Notes under the pieces: generated by a model
The model's database searches: none
Told to the model about the DNA's origin: nothing
The model's input: the letters and a program-made list of their open reading frames with translations, nothing else
Assembly: GCF_006345805.1 (NCBI RefSeq)
Contig: NC_042999.1
Coordinates: 168,454,001 to 168,518,000 of the forward strand
From: Octopus sinensis
Lineage: Eukaryota
Length of the DNA: 64,000 nt
Reading direction: 5' to 3'
Made by a program: the position numbers and the translations under genes
Part shown: piece after piece, positions 23,755-34,751 of the stretch
Layout: the number at the start of each line of letters is the position of its first letter
How positions within the stretch are numbered: position 1 is the stretch's first letter

Positions 23755-26700
23755 TCATCATCATCATCATTTACCGTCCGCTTTCCATGCTAGCATGGGT
23801 TGGACGGTTCAACTGGGGCCTGGGAAGCCAGAAGGCTGCACCAGGCCCAGTTTGATCTGGCAATGTTTCTACGGCTGGATGCCCTTCCTAATGCCAACCA
23901 CTCCATGAGTGTAGTGGGTGCTTTTTACGTGCCACCGGCACGGGGACCAGGCGAGGCTGGCAACGGCCACGAACGGATGATGCTTTTTACGTGCCACCGG
24001 CACGGGGACCAGGCGAGGCTGGCAACGGCCACGAACGGATGGTGCTTTTACGTGCCACCAGCACGGGGACCAGGTGAGGCTGGCAACGGCCACGAACAGA
24101 TGGTGCTATGTGCCAACGGCGCGGGGGGCAGGCAAGGCTGGCAACGGCCACAAACGGATGGTGCTTTTTATGTGCCACCGGCACGGAGGCCAGTCGGGGT
24201 GGAGCTGGCAACGGCCACGATCGGATGGTTTGCTTACTTGTCACCGGCACTGGTATCACAGCTGCAATTTCCATTGATGTTGATCGACTTCGATTTTGGT
24301 TCTGCTTTCTGATATCTGATTTGATTTGGTTTGATTTTTGATTTTCACTTGCCTCAACGGGTCTTCACAAGTGGAGTTTTGTGTCCCAAGAAGGAAAGGT
24401 ATGTATAAGTCGACTGGCTACATACCAGATAGAGGCCACGGGTTATGGTCTCACTAGTCTTGCCGGGTCTTCTCACGCACAGCATACTTCCAGAGGTCTC
24501 GGTCTCTAGTCATTTCTTTGGTGAGACCTAAAGTTCGAAGGTCGTGCTTCACCACCTCGTCCCAGGTTTTCCTGGGTCTACCTCTTCCACAGGTTCCCTC
24601 AACTGCTAGGGTGTGGCACTTTTGCACACAACTATCTTCAGCCATTCTCGTCACATGACCATACCAGCACAAACGTCCCTCTTGCACACCACAACTGATG
24701 CTTCTTAGGTCCAACTTTTCTCTCAAGGTACTTACACTCTGTCGATTATGAACCCTGACATTATACATCCATCGGAGCATACTGGCTTCATTTCTTGAGA
24801 GCTTACGCATATCCTCAGCAGTCACAACCCATGTTTCACTACCATGTAGCATGGCTGTACATACACATGCATCATACAGTCTGCCTTTTACTCTGAGCGA
24901 GAGGCCTTTTGTCACCAGCAGGGGTAAGAGCTCTCTAAACTTTGCCCAGGCTATTCTTACTCTAGCAGTTACACTTTCAGCACACCCACCCCCGCTACTG
25001 ACTTGGTCACCTAGGTAGCGGAAGCTATCAACTACTTCTAGTTTTTCTCCCTGGAACGTGGTAGAAGTTGGTCTCTGCACATTTTCAGTGTTTATTGCTC
25101 CTGAACATCTGCCACAGACAAAAACTATTTTCCTAGTTAGCCTTCCTTTGACATTGCTGCACCTCTTATGTGTCCATAGCTTACACTTGGTGCACCTTAT
25201 AGAGTTTCTACCTACGCCTTTTTTACAGATCGAGCAGGGCCATCTACCTGAAGGCGTTTGTGATTGGTCTACCTTCCTACTTATTAGTACTTTGGTTTTG
25301 GCTAGGTTGATTCTAAGGCCCTTCGATTCTAAACCTTGCTTCCACACCTGAAACCTCTCCTCCAGTTCTGATAGTGACTCAGCAATTAGGGCAAGTTCAT
25401 CAGCATAGAGGAGCTCCCAGGGGCATCCTGTCCTGAATTCCTCCATTATTGCCTGGAGGACTATGATAAATAGGAGGGGACTGAGGACTGAACCTTGGTG
25501 GACCCCAACCTCTACCCGGAATTCTTCATTGTACTTGTTGCCAACCCTCACCTTACTAGCAGCATCCCTGTACATGGCTCGCACAGCTCTCACTAACCAT
25601 TCATCTATCCCTAGTTTCCTCATTGTCCACCAGATAAGTGATCGGGGGACCCTGTCGAAGGCTTTCTCCATGTCAACAAAAGCCAAGTACAGGGGCTTAT
25701 CTTTGGCTAGGTATTTCTCCTGCAGCTGTCTTACCAGGAATATAGCATCAGTTGTACTTTTCCCTGGCACAAACCCAAACTGCATCTCATCTAAACTAAC
25801 TCTCTCTCTAATTAGTTGGGCTATTACCCTCTCTGTAACCTTCATTACCTGATCCAAGAGCTTGATACCTCTGTAGTTATTTGTATCTAGGGCGTCACCT
25901 TTACCTTTGTAGCAGTTGACTATTATGCTGCTACACCAGTCATTGGGTATGACTCCTTCGTGTATCACCTGGTTAACTATACGGGTGACTAGGCTATAGC
26001 CGACACTACCAGATATTTTGAGCATCTCTGCAGTAATTCCTGATGGGCCTGGGGCTTTCCCTGTCTTCATGCTTCTAATTGCCTTAACTACCAAGGAACT
26101 GTCAACTCGGATAGCTCGTCCCATTGTTAGGTCGACATTCGGCAGACTCTCTTTATCCTATTCATTTTCTTTATTCAGCAACCTTTCATAGTGGCGTCTC
26201 CAAACCTCTCTCTTTGCATCCTCATTTAGCGCAAGTGAACCGTCATCCTTGCGAACACATTTCTCTCCTACCACGTCACGATTCTCTCTCAAACACTGTC
26301 TTGCAACACGAAATACCTCAAGTCTTTCATCCTCACGGCGCAGAACATTGGCAAATTTTTTCTTATCTGCTTCCCCTCTGGCTAAATACACCTGCCTCCT
26401 AGCTTCCCTTCTGGCAGTCTGATACACTTCCCTGCTACCACCATTCTTCCAGTCCTTCCATGCCTGTTTCTTTTGTCTAATAGCCCTGTCAACAATATTG
26501 TTCCACCACCACGTTATTTTGGGTCTTGAGGGGACTTTGCACCAGCCACAGATCTGGTCAGTGGTTTTCAGTAGGTTGTCCCTTAGAAGCGTCCAGTTGT
26601 CTTCTACCCCATGTGTAGCTATACCCACTTCTATTTCTTCAAAGGCTTCAAGTAACATGTCTCTAAATCTCTGTCCATTCGCAGGGTCTTTAAGCTTCCA

Positions 26701-27541
26701 GACCCTTCTCCATGTTGGTTGTCTTCTAGTCGTCCTCTTAGTCCTGATCCTAAAGTCACTAACTACCAGTCTATGTTGTGGGGTACATTCTTCGCCTGGG
26801 AAGCAGCCATCTTTCCCTTTTTCTGGCAAGGATGTTGTCGATTTGGCTAGTATGCTGGCCCGATCGGTAGGTGACCAGGTGGCTTGTCGGTTTCCTGAAG
26901 TTAGTGTTGCAAACCATAAGACTATTCGCATCACAGAACTCCAGCAGCCTGGTTCCCTCCTCGTTGCGGGAACCATAACCGTAGCCTCCATGTACGTCAT
27001 GGAAGCCCCCAGCATGTCGTCCAACATGCCCATTGAAGTCACCAGCCACAAAGAGAAGGTCCCTGTCGTTTGTCAATGAGGTGGTCTGCAGTAGGGTGTC
27101 ATAGAAACTGTCTTTCTGTCCATCGGGTAGCCCTGTCTGAGGGGCATAAGCCGATATAATAGTTGCTAAACTATGATGGAGCACTAATCTAATCTTAAGT
27201 ATTCTGTCACATACTCTGACTACCTCGATTACCTTATCTACCCATTTTTCGGCAATAAGTATACCCACACCCCCGACCTCAACAGTATTCCCAGCCCAGA
27301 AAATCTTGTACCTCTGTCCTTTGCCTGTGAGGAACCTAGCAGAACCTCCTCTCCACCTCACTTCTTGAATGCAGTATATATCAACACACCTCCGTTCAAG
27401 CAATTCAACGATCTCACCAGATCTGCCTTTCAGTGTGCCAACGTTGAGGGAGTGGGAGGTAATGGCCCCAGCAGCTTCATGAACCTGAAAAGAAAACTCG
27501 CGTTTGGCAGGATTCATAGACACAATAAAACTCAAGTTCAA
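23755..27541 (-). mobile_element. Near-full-length RTE-clade LINE (APE endonuclease + RT, frameshifted) with ~700-nt 3'UTR and (TGA)n tail
   Basis: LNVGTLKG..IQEVRW, ISAYAPQ and GDFNGHVG (APE); YRGIKLL, FVDMEKAFDRVP, GVHQGSVLSPLLF and LLYAD (RT); split across ORFs 26771-27541, 26158-27051 and 24454-26124. Confidence 0.95.
23919..24255. repeat. ~60-bp tandem repeat (about 5 copies) in the RTE 3'UTR
   Basis: Unit TGCTTTTTACGTGCCACCGGCACGGGGACCAGGCGAGGCTGGCAACGGCCACGAACGGATGG. Confidence 0.9.
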
Positions 27542-27844
27542 ACCGCGTACACTACACTAACATATTTTGCAATGAATGACCACTACCTTTTATGGAAGGA
27601 GGTGGGGGTGGCGTAAGACTTTGAAGTGTACATGGGAGACAACAAGGATGAGAAAATTTAGGACTTCCTGTACCGGTGGAGGGGGTGGGAGGGCGGGTGC
27701 ACCGCGAAAACTAGCAGCCATGTACGCAATTCCTTTCTTGGAAAGGAATATTTATTAGTAGGCATAAAATACCTAAATTTGAGAGAGAGATATTTTGCAG
27801 ATTTATGGGAGATACGTGAGCTATATTTATCTTAGCGATAAGGA

Positions 27845-28025
27845 GCTATAAAATTATAAATATATTTATTCTATATTTAACGAGACGTGAGGCTGATCGA
27901 TAAAATTAGGGGGCGAGCTATAGGATTATATATATATTTAACACAAGACACGAGACATCAATATATAGAGATGAACTATAGAATTATATATATATATATA
28001 ACACGAGGCGTGAGGCTGAAATAGA
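27845..28025. repeat. Three degenerate ~60-70-bp repeats of unknown origin
   Basis: Recurring AGCTATA..ATTATA...TTAAC..GAGACG.GAG motif. Confidence 0.4.
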
Positions 28026-28543
28026 CAAATTAATAACATAATAGAGATAAACAGGGGTAACTAAAGATCAATCAATTGCACAGAAATATTTCTGGTAGGT
28101 ACGGGCTGAATTAAATTGATATTGCTTAGCTGGAATTCATTTTTCGGACGAAGTTGACAGCAACAGTTTGAATCAAAAAGTGGGACCGTTATTATTCAGT
28201 CGCTATATGTATATATATGTGTATATATATATATATGTATGTATGTATATATATATATGTATATATATATATAAATGTATATATATGTAGATACTTATAT
28301 ATATATATATATATGTAGATATGTATATGTGTATATAGATATATGTATATGTAGATATGTATATAGATTTATGTATATATATATATATATATATGTATTT
28401 ATATATATATGTGTGTATACATACATATATATATTTATATATACGTTTATATATATGTATATATATATGTGTGTATACATACATATATATATTTATATAT
28501 ACGTATATATTTATGTGTGTGTGTGTATATATATGTATATGTA

Positions 28544-29620
28544 TCTATATATGCGTATCAATATCTATAAAGCTGAAATGCGAAAAATTTGTTTGTAGAT
28601 GGGTTCGGATTGGCACCAAAATATACAGGGACATGTAAAAAGAGGCGAGGAAGCGACTGGACTAGGTTAGAAACCCCTATCTGAAAAGCTGTGGTTACTA
28701 GGGCAACAAAACCCAGACTTTGACAAGTGTTTGTCGTTTCTCTCGGATATCACCCTGTCTTCCTCGATCTCTCTCTTTCCTTCCTTCCCTCCACTTTTCA
28801 TCAATATCTGTAAAGCTGAAATATGAAAAAGTTGTTTGATTTCTTGGTTATTTGTCTCACTTTGTGATGGGAACAGTTTAAGGGGTGGTAGATGGGGTCT
28901 GATTGGTGCCAAAATTTACACTGGGGGGGGGGGTAAAATGGTGTCGCTCGGGCTTCTGTTTGGTTGCCATGGTGAGGAATATGAGAAAAATTGAGTTTTA
29001 TGGGATAGACAGGTTGCGCTATTTGAATAATGTTGGCTTTTCATGCTACTGCAGGGGCTAGAGGCAGTTATCTTTAATTGTGGGTGTAAAAATTTGGGCG
29101 ATTTTGGAAAGGGGGGTAAAAATTTTCAACTTTTAAAAAGAGTACATTTTTGCCCGATTTTTGAATATAATTTCTTTCTGTTTGCATTATTTGGTTGACA
29201 GGGGTAAAAATGGCATTGTGTTAAAGGCCAAAATTTTAGCTTTCATTTGCATCATGAACCGTCAAATATACCAGAAAAATGTATCAAATTTCACAAAATT
29301 TTAAGTAATTGTGAATTATTTTTGTGATTTTTACATGCACACTCTCCTACCCTGATGTAATCTCCAGGGATACAGGCATCCAGCAACAGGACCTCCGTAA
29401 TGCCATGATGGACCGTGAAGTCTGGAGTAGCATGGTAAATTCCATTGTCTCGACCACGGTCGAATGTGGATGATGATGATGTAAGACAAAGCAAGGGAGA
29501 GGCTGAGAGAAAGGAGAGAGAAACAAAGAGGGAGAATGTGGCGATAAGAAACAGAAAGCAAGCAACAGAAAGTAACAACCACACCCTCACCCACACGTAG
29601 AGCGGGTCACCTTAAGCTAG
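28544..29620 (+). mobile_element. Non-autonomous Helitron-like element
   Basis: 5' A|TCTATAT...; 3' hairpin ACCC..GGGT then CTAG|T; internal duplicated ATATCT.TAAAGCTGAAAT; carries an RTE 3' fragment. Confidence 0.5.
29335..29481 (+). mobile_element. RTE LINE extreme 3' fragment
   Basis: Near-identical to the reverse complement of 2224-2365; GATGATGATG tail. Confidence 0.85.
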
Positions 29621-29637
29621 TCTATTTGTAATATGTA

Positions 29638-30003
29638 TACTCTCTTTTACTTGTTTCAGTCATTTGACTGCAGCCATGCTGGAGCACCGCCTTTGGTCGA
29701 GCAAATCTACCCCGGGATTTATTCTTTGTAAGCCTAGAACTTATTCTATTTATCTCTTTTGCCAAACCACTAAGTGACGGATATAAACACACCAGCATCG
29801 GTTGTCAAGCAATACTAGGGGGACAGACACATACACAAACGACAGGTTTCTTTCAGTTTCCGTCTACCAAATCCACTCACGAGGCTCTGGCCAGCCTGAG
29901 ACTATAGTAGAAGACACTTTCCCATGATGCCACGAAGTGGGACTGAACCCGGAACCATGTGGTTGATAAGGAAGCTACTTACCACACAGCCACTCCTGCG
30001 CCT
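29638..30003 (-). mobile_element. SINE family B with CR1/L2-like tail
   Basis: Head AGGCGCAGGAGTGGCTGTGTGG...GGTTCAGTCCCAC; tail GGCGGTGCTCCAGCATGG..GCAG...CTGAAAC. Confidence 0.85.
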
Positions 30004-30011
30004 ATATATGT

Positions 30012-30062
<51 letters not shown>

Positions 30063-30080
30063 TATATATATGTATGTATA

Positions 30081-30125
<45 letters not shown>

Positions 30126-30129
30126 GTAT

Positions 30130-30575
30130 ATCATTTACCTCTCCGCAAAAAATATTTAATTATTTGCAGGAAGGACCGTTTCACCGAAGTCGTGTCTAGC
30201 CTTTACCTTCGAAATGCGGAGTAGATGAAACAGAGGTGACTGAAGAAGGGGAATTTTCCTTGTGTTGTATGTCTTGTACCCTGTTTTTTCGTTGTTTAAA
30301 AAAATGTCCGTCTCCATGGTTCTGTTTTTATGTTTTCGTTTCTCATTGTGTTCGACGTTTTTTTGGTGTCCTGTACCTATATATGCATGTATATATACAT
30401 ATAGATGTATGTATATATACATATAGATGTAGGTACGTACATATATGTATGTATATATGCATATGTTTTATTTATTATTTTGTTATATCTGTATATATAT
30501 GTATATATATATATGTATATGTATGTATATATATATGTATGAATATATATGTATATATATATGTGCATATATATA
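30130..30575 (+). repeat. TA-embedded dispersed repeat, diverged homolog of the 33361-34620 family
   Basis: Aligns by eye to the reverse complement of 33400-33750 (GCAGGAAGGAC...TTACCTTCGAAA...CTGANGAAGGGGAAT.TTCCTTGTG). Confidence 0.75.
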
Positions 30576-30809
30576 TATATAATAGACATATTAAAATTAC
30601 TAAGTCTCTCTAAAAGAGAACACGGCAGCGTTCCGGGAAATTAATAGTTATCGCCATACTAATATGGCATTCTTATAAAAATAAGAATAAAGCTGTCCGC
30701 TTATTAGCTCCATGAGGCCATCGCCTTAAGTTAGCTATTTGATACACAAACTGTATCCATATAACCTTTGAACAAGGGAGGTCAGTCGCTCCACACTACT
30801 TGATCGACA

Positions 30810-30851
30810 GCTACAGAGACGCGTTCGGGTATTGCCCCTTGTCAATGTAGC
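30810..30851 (-). ncRNA. Type I hammerhead copy 1 (damaged: GAA for GAAA, one C lost in helix II)
   Basis: Same motif as the other copies with two homopolymer deletions (mutation or sequencing error). Confidence 0.55.
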
Positions 30852-31170
30852 GTAGTTAGACCAGTAGGTGTCGCTTCCGACTATCTCTGTTCGAAGGTTT
30901 TATTACCTAGTTTCGGTGGAATACATCCACTTGTTTTCAATAATAGAAATATTAAAATTACTAAGTCTCTCTAAAAGAGAACACGGCAGCGTTCCGGGAA
31001 ATTAATAGTTATCGCCATACTAATATGGCATTCTTATAAAAATAAGAATAAAGCTGTCCGCTTATTAGCTCCATGAGGCCATCGCCTTAAGTTAGCTATT
31101 TGATACACAAACTGTATCCATATAACCTTTGAACAAGGGAGGTCAGTCGCTCCACACTACTTGATCGACA

Positions 31171-31214
31171 GCTACAGAGACGCGTTTCGGGGTATTGCCC
31201 CTTGTCAATGTAGC
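31171..31214 (-). ncRNA. Minimal type I hammerhead ribozyme, U3-A8 core variant
   Basis: GCTACA-TTGACAA-GGGG caata CCCC-GAAA-CGCG-TC^-tc-TGTAGC; palindromic helix III ACGCGT; predicted cleavage after GUC, between 31179 and 31178. Confidence 0.75.
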
Positions 31215-31533
31215 GTAGTTAGACCAGTAGGTGTCGCTTCCGACTATCTCTGTTCGAAGGTTTTATTTACCTAGTTTCGGTGGAATACATCCACTTGTTT
31301 TCAATAATAGAAATATTAAAATTACTAAGTCTCTCTAAAAGAGAACACGGCAGCGTTCCGGGAAATTAATAGTTATCGCCATACTAATATGGCATTCTTA
31401 TAAAAATAAGAATAAAGCTGTCCGTTATTAGCTCCATGAGGCCATCGCCTTAAGTTAGCTATTTGATACACAAACTGTATCCATATAACCTTTGAACAAG
31501 GGAGGTCAGTCGCTCCACACTACTTGATCGACA

Positions 31534-31577
31534 GCTACAGAGACGCGTTTCGGGGTATTGCCCCTTGTCAATGTAGC
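31534..31577 (-). ncRNA. Minimal type I hammerhead ribozyme, U3-A8 core variant
   Basis: Identical motif in unit 3. Confidence 0.75.
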
Positions 31578-31896
31578 GTAGTTAGACCAGTAGGTGTCGC
31601 TTCGACTATCTCTGTTCGAAGGTTTTATTTACCTAGTTTCGGTGGAATACATCCACTTGTTTTCAATAATAGAAATATTAAAATTACTAAGTCTCTCTAA
31701 AAGAGAACACGGCAGCGTTCCGGGAAATTAATAGTTATCGCCATACTAATATGGCATTCTTATAAAAATAAGAATAAAGCTGTCCGCTTATTAGCTCCAT
31801 GAGGCCATCGCCTTAAGTTAGCTATTTGATACACAAACTGTATCCATATAACCTTTGAACAAGGGAGGTCAGTCGCTCCACACTACTTGATCGACA

Positions 31897-31940
31897 GCTA
31901 CAGAGACGCGTTTCGGGGTATTGCCCCTTGTCAATGTAGC
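31897..31940 (-). ncRNA. Minimal type I hammerhead ribozyme, U3-A8 core variant
   Basis: Identical motif in unit 4. Confidence 0.75.
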
Positions 31941-32443
31941 GTAGTCAGACCAGTAGGTGTCGCTTCCGACTATCTCTGTTCGAAGGTTTTATTTACCTAG
32001 TTTCGGTGGAATACATCCACTTGTTTTCAATAATAGAAATATTAAAATTACTAAGTCTCTCTAAAAGAGAACACGGCAGCGTTCCGGGAAATTAATAGTT
32101 ATCGCCATACTAATATGGCATTCTTATAAAAATAAGAATAAAGCTGTCCGCTTATTAGCTCCATGAGGCCATCGCCTTAAGTTAGCTATTTGATACACAA
32201 ACTGTATCCATATAACCTTCAAACAAGGGAGGTCAGTTGCTCCACACTATTTGATCGACAGCTGTCGATCAAGTAGTGTGGAGCGACTGACCTCCCTTGT
32301 TCGAAGGTTATATGGATACAGTTTGTGTATCAAATAGCTAACTTAAGGCGATGGCCTCATGGAGCTAATAAGCGGACAGCTTTATTCTTATTTTTATAAG
32401 AATGCCATATTAGTATGGCGATAAGTATGTATATATATATATG

Positions 32444-32484
<41 letters not shown>

Positions 32485-32624
32485 TATATATATGTATATG
32501 TGCATGTATATAAATAGGTATATATGTTTATGTGTATGTATATATGTATGTATATGTGCATATATATATGTATATATGTATGTATATATGTATATGGATC
32601 AATGTATATGTGTATTTTATTTTT

Positions 32625-33260
32625 TATTTCATCTAGTTTCAGCTTACGTTCTGCGGCCATGCTGGGGCACCGCCATTTGGTGTTGCTACATAATTTTACT
32701 TCACGAATGCTTTTTAGCTATTGGCATTTGGTGCATGAAAGAGTTTGATGCAGCTGCCCTCATCTGCACCTCCTGCCGTGAAGTTGGTTCATCTGGGACA
32801 CCTAACAGGAGGAGGTCCAGCTTTATTTTGAAGATACCTACATCCACCCCATGCAGGTCTCTCAGGTGCTTCACGAGGATATTGAAGAGCTGTGGTCCTC
32901 TGAAACCCAGGCTATTGCAGTATCTCGTCCTACATCTTGATGGCAAATTCGGAGTCCTTGGCACTATGCAGCGGCGCCCAGTTCTAGTATTTGTGTAATT
33001 CTCGATGCCAAAGTTTGGGACAATTCCTTCCAGGATCTTCCAGATGTATATTATGGCATATCTTTCTAGCCTACGCTCTAAAGAATAGAGTCTTAATCTC
33101 TTGAGTCTTTCCCAATAGCTTATATGCTGCACAGAGGCTATCTTTTTCATGTAGCTTCATTGGATCGCCTCAAGTTCTGTGATTAACTTGACACTTGTTG
33201 GTGACCATATATGAGAACAATAGTCAAAGTGGCTTAGGACAAGTGTCCTCCAGAGGACCA
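32625..33260 (-). mobile_element. CR1/L2-group LINE, 3' fragment
   Basis: LVLSHFDYCSHIWSP, ISYWERLKRLRLYSLERR and FRGPQLFNIL motifs; 3' end GGCGGTGCCCCAGCATGGCCGCAG; flanked by TA repeats. Confidence 0.85.
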
Positions 33261-33360
33261 TATATATGTGTGTATACATTATATGTATATGTATATGTAC
33301 ATATTTATATACATATATAGATATGTATGTGTGTGTATATATATATATGTGTGTGTGTAA

Positions 33361-34620
33361 AAGCATACTGGGAGAAACGACACGAGGGCGCTGTCATACA
33401 ATAATGTAATAAATAAAATATATGCATACATACATGCATATATGTACGTACCTACATCTACATGTATATATACATGCATATATAAATAAATATATATATG
33501 TGAGTACAGGACACCACAAATAGACGTAGAACTCAACGAGAAGCGAAAACATAAAAACAAGGGATCGGACTTTTTTTAACGACGAAAAAACAGAACACAG
33601 GACAAACTACACAAGGAATATTCCCCTTCATCAGCTGTCCCCGGTTCGACTCCATGCGTGTTTCGAAGGTAAGGACAGGACACGCTCGTCGGACCAGTCC
33701 TTCCTGCGAGGGAATTAAATAAAATTCCCTTGCAGAGGGGTAAAAACAAGGAAAGAAAAAAATGTGACAAGAACAGGACGTAAAAGCAATACAAATAAAA
33801 ATACGAATACAAATTAAAAATACAATTATAAAAAAATACAGTACACATAAAGAATAAAAACGGGACAAAAAAACAAACATTGAGGGCCTTTTTTAGCCTA
33901 GACGAGGAAAAAAATTCAGAGCGCAGGAATAAGTCGTCTTGACTTTAAGCAGGCTGGAGTGAAAAGGAAGTCTTGTAGCAGGCTGGAGTGAAAAGGAAGT
34001 AAGGTCGACTCAGCCGTGAGTGAGATGAGGAGGAGTGAGAGAGAGGAAAGGAAACCAGAAAGGGGAAAAAATAGAGAGAGACAGACAGGAAGGAAGGAAA
34101 GGTCAAGCAAAGGGTTACAGAGTTTCGCGTCATAATTATATATAAAAGCATACTGGGAGAAAGGAAAGAAACAAAACGAAACGACGCGAGGGCGCTCAGT
34201 CATACAATAATGTAATAAATAAAATATATGCATACATACATACATATATGTACGTACCTACATCTACATGTGTATATACATGCATATATAAATAAATATA
34301 TATATGTGAGTACAGGATACCACAAATAGACGTAAACAACACAAGGAATATTCCCCTTCATCAGCTGTCCCCGGTTCAACTCCATGCATGTTTCGAAGGT
34401 AAGGACAGGACACGCTCGTCGGACCGGTCCTTCCTGCGAGGGAATTAAATAAAATTCCCTTGCAGAGGGGTAAAAACAAGGAAAGAAAAAAATGTGACAA
34501 GAACAGGACGTAAAAGCAATACAAATAAAAATACGAATACAAATTAAAAATACAATTATTAAAAAATACAGTACACATAAAGAATAAAAACGGGACAAAA
34601 AACAAACATTGAGGGCCTTT
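33361..34620 (-). repeat. 1.6-mer of a ~790-bp non-coding monomer (two ~500-bp direct repeats around a pyrimidine-rich segment); PLE-pLTR-like
   Basis: 33361-33890 is repeated at 34143-34620 (with an internal deletion); both ends abut TA/CA microsatellites. Confidence 0.7.
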
Positions 34621-34637
34621 ATATATATATATGTATG

Positions 34638-34672
<35 letters not shown>

Positions 34673-34691
34673 ATATATATATGTATGTATG

Positions 34692-34746
<55 letters not shown>

Positions 34747-34751
34747 GTATA

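Larger units (their letters stand above)
30581..32424 (-). mobile_element. Retrozyme-like tandem array: 4.6 copies of a ~363-bp non-coding hammerhead-bearing monomer plus a 163-bp fold-back arm
   Basis: Units start at 30581, 30942, 31306, 31668 and 32032 (361-364 bp, nearly identical). The last unit is cut at 32261 and mirrored by 32262-32424. Both ends lie in TA microsatellite. Confidence 0.8.

Noticed and set aside
23919-24255. Palindromic short repeats resembling a CRISPR array
   Set aside because: There are no unique spacers, the context is eukaryotic, there are no cas genes, and the units lie inside an RTE 3'UTR.
27470-27510. Splice-acceptor-like TTTTCTTTTCAG just upstream of the RTE endonuclease domain
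   Set aside because: There is only a single instance, with no identifiable donor or second copy to compare; it may be chance or the element boundary.
33615-33640. CTGATGA followed by a hairpin on the minus strand as a hammerhead
   Set aside because: The invariant GAAA is absent (GTGT) in all three copies; kept only as an unexplained structured motif.
33640-33700. HDV-like ribozyme fold
   Set aside because: P3 has only 2 bp, J4/2 spacing is wrong, and the putative catalytic C is not conserved in the other two copies.
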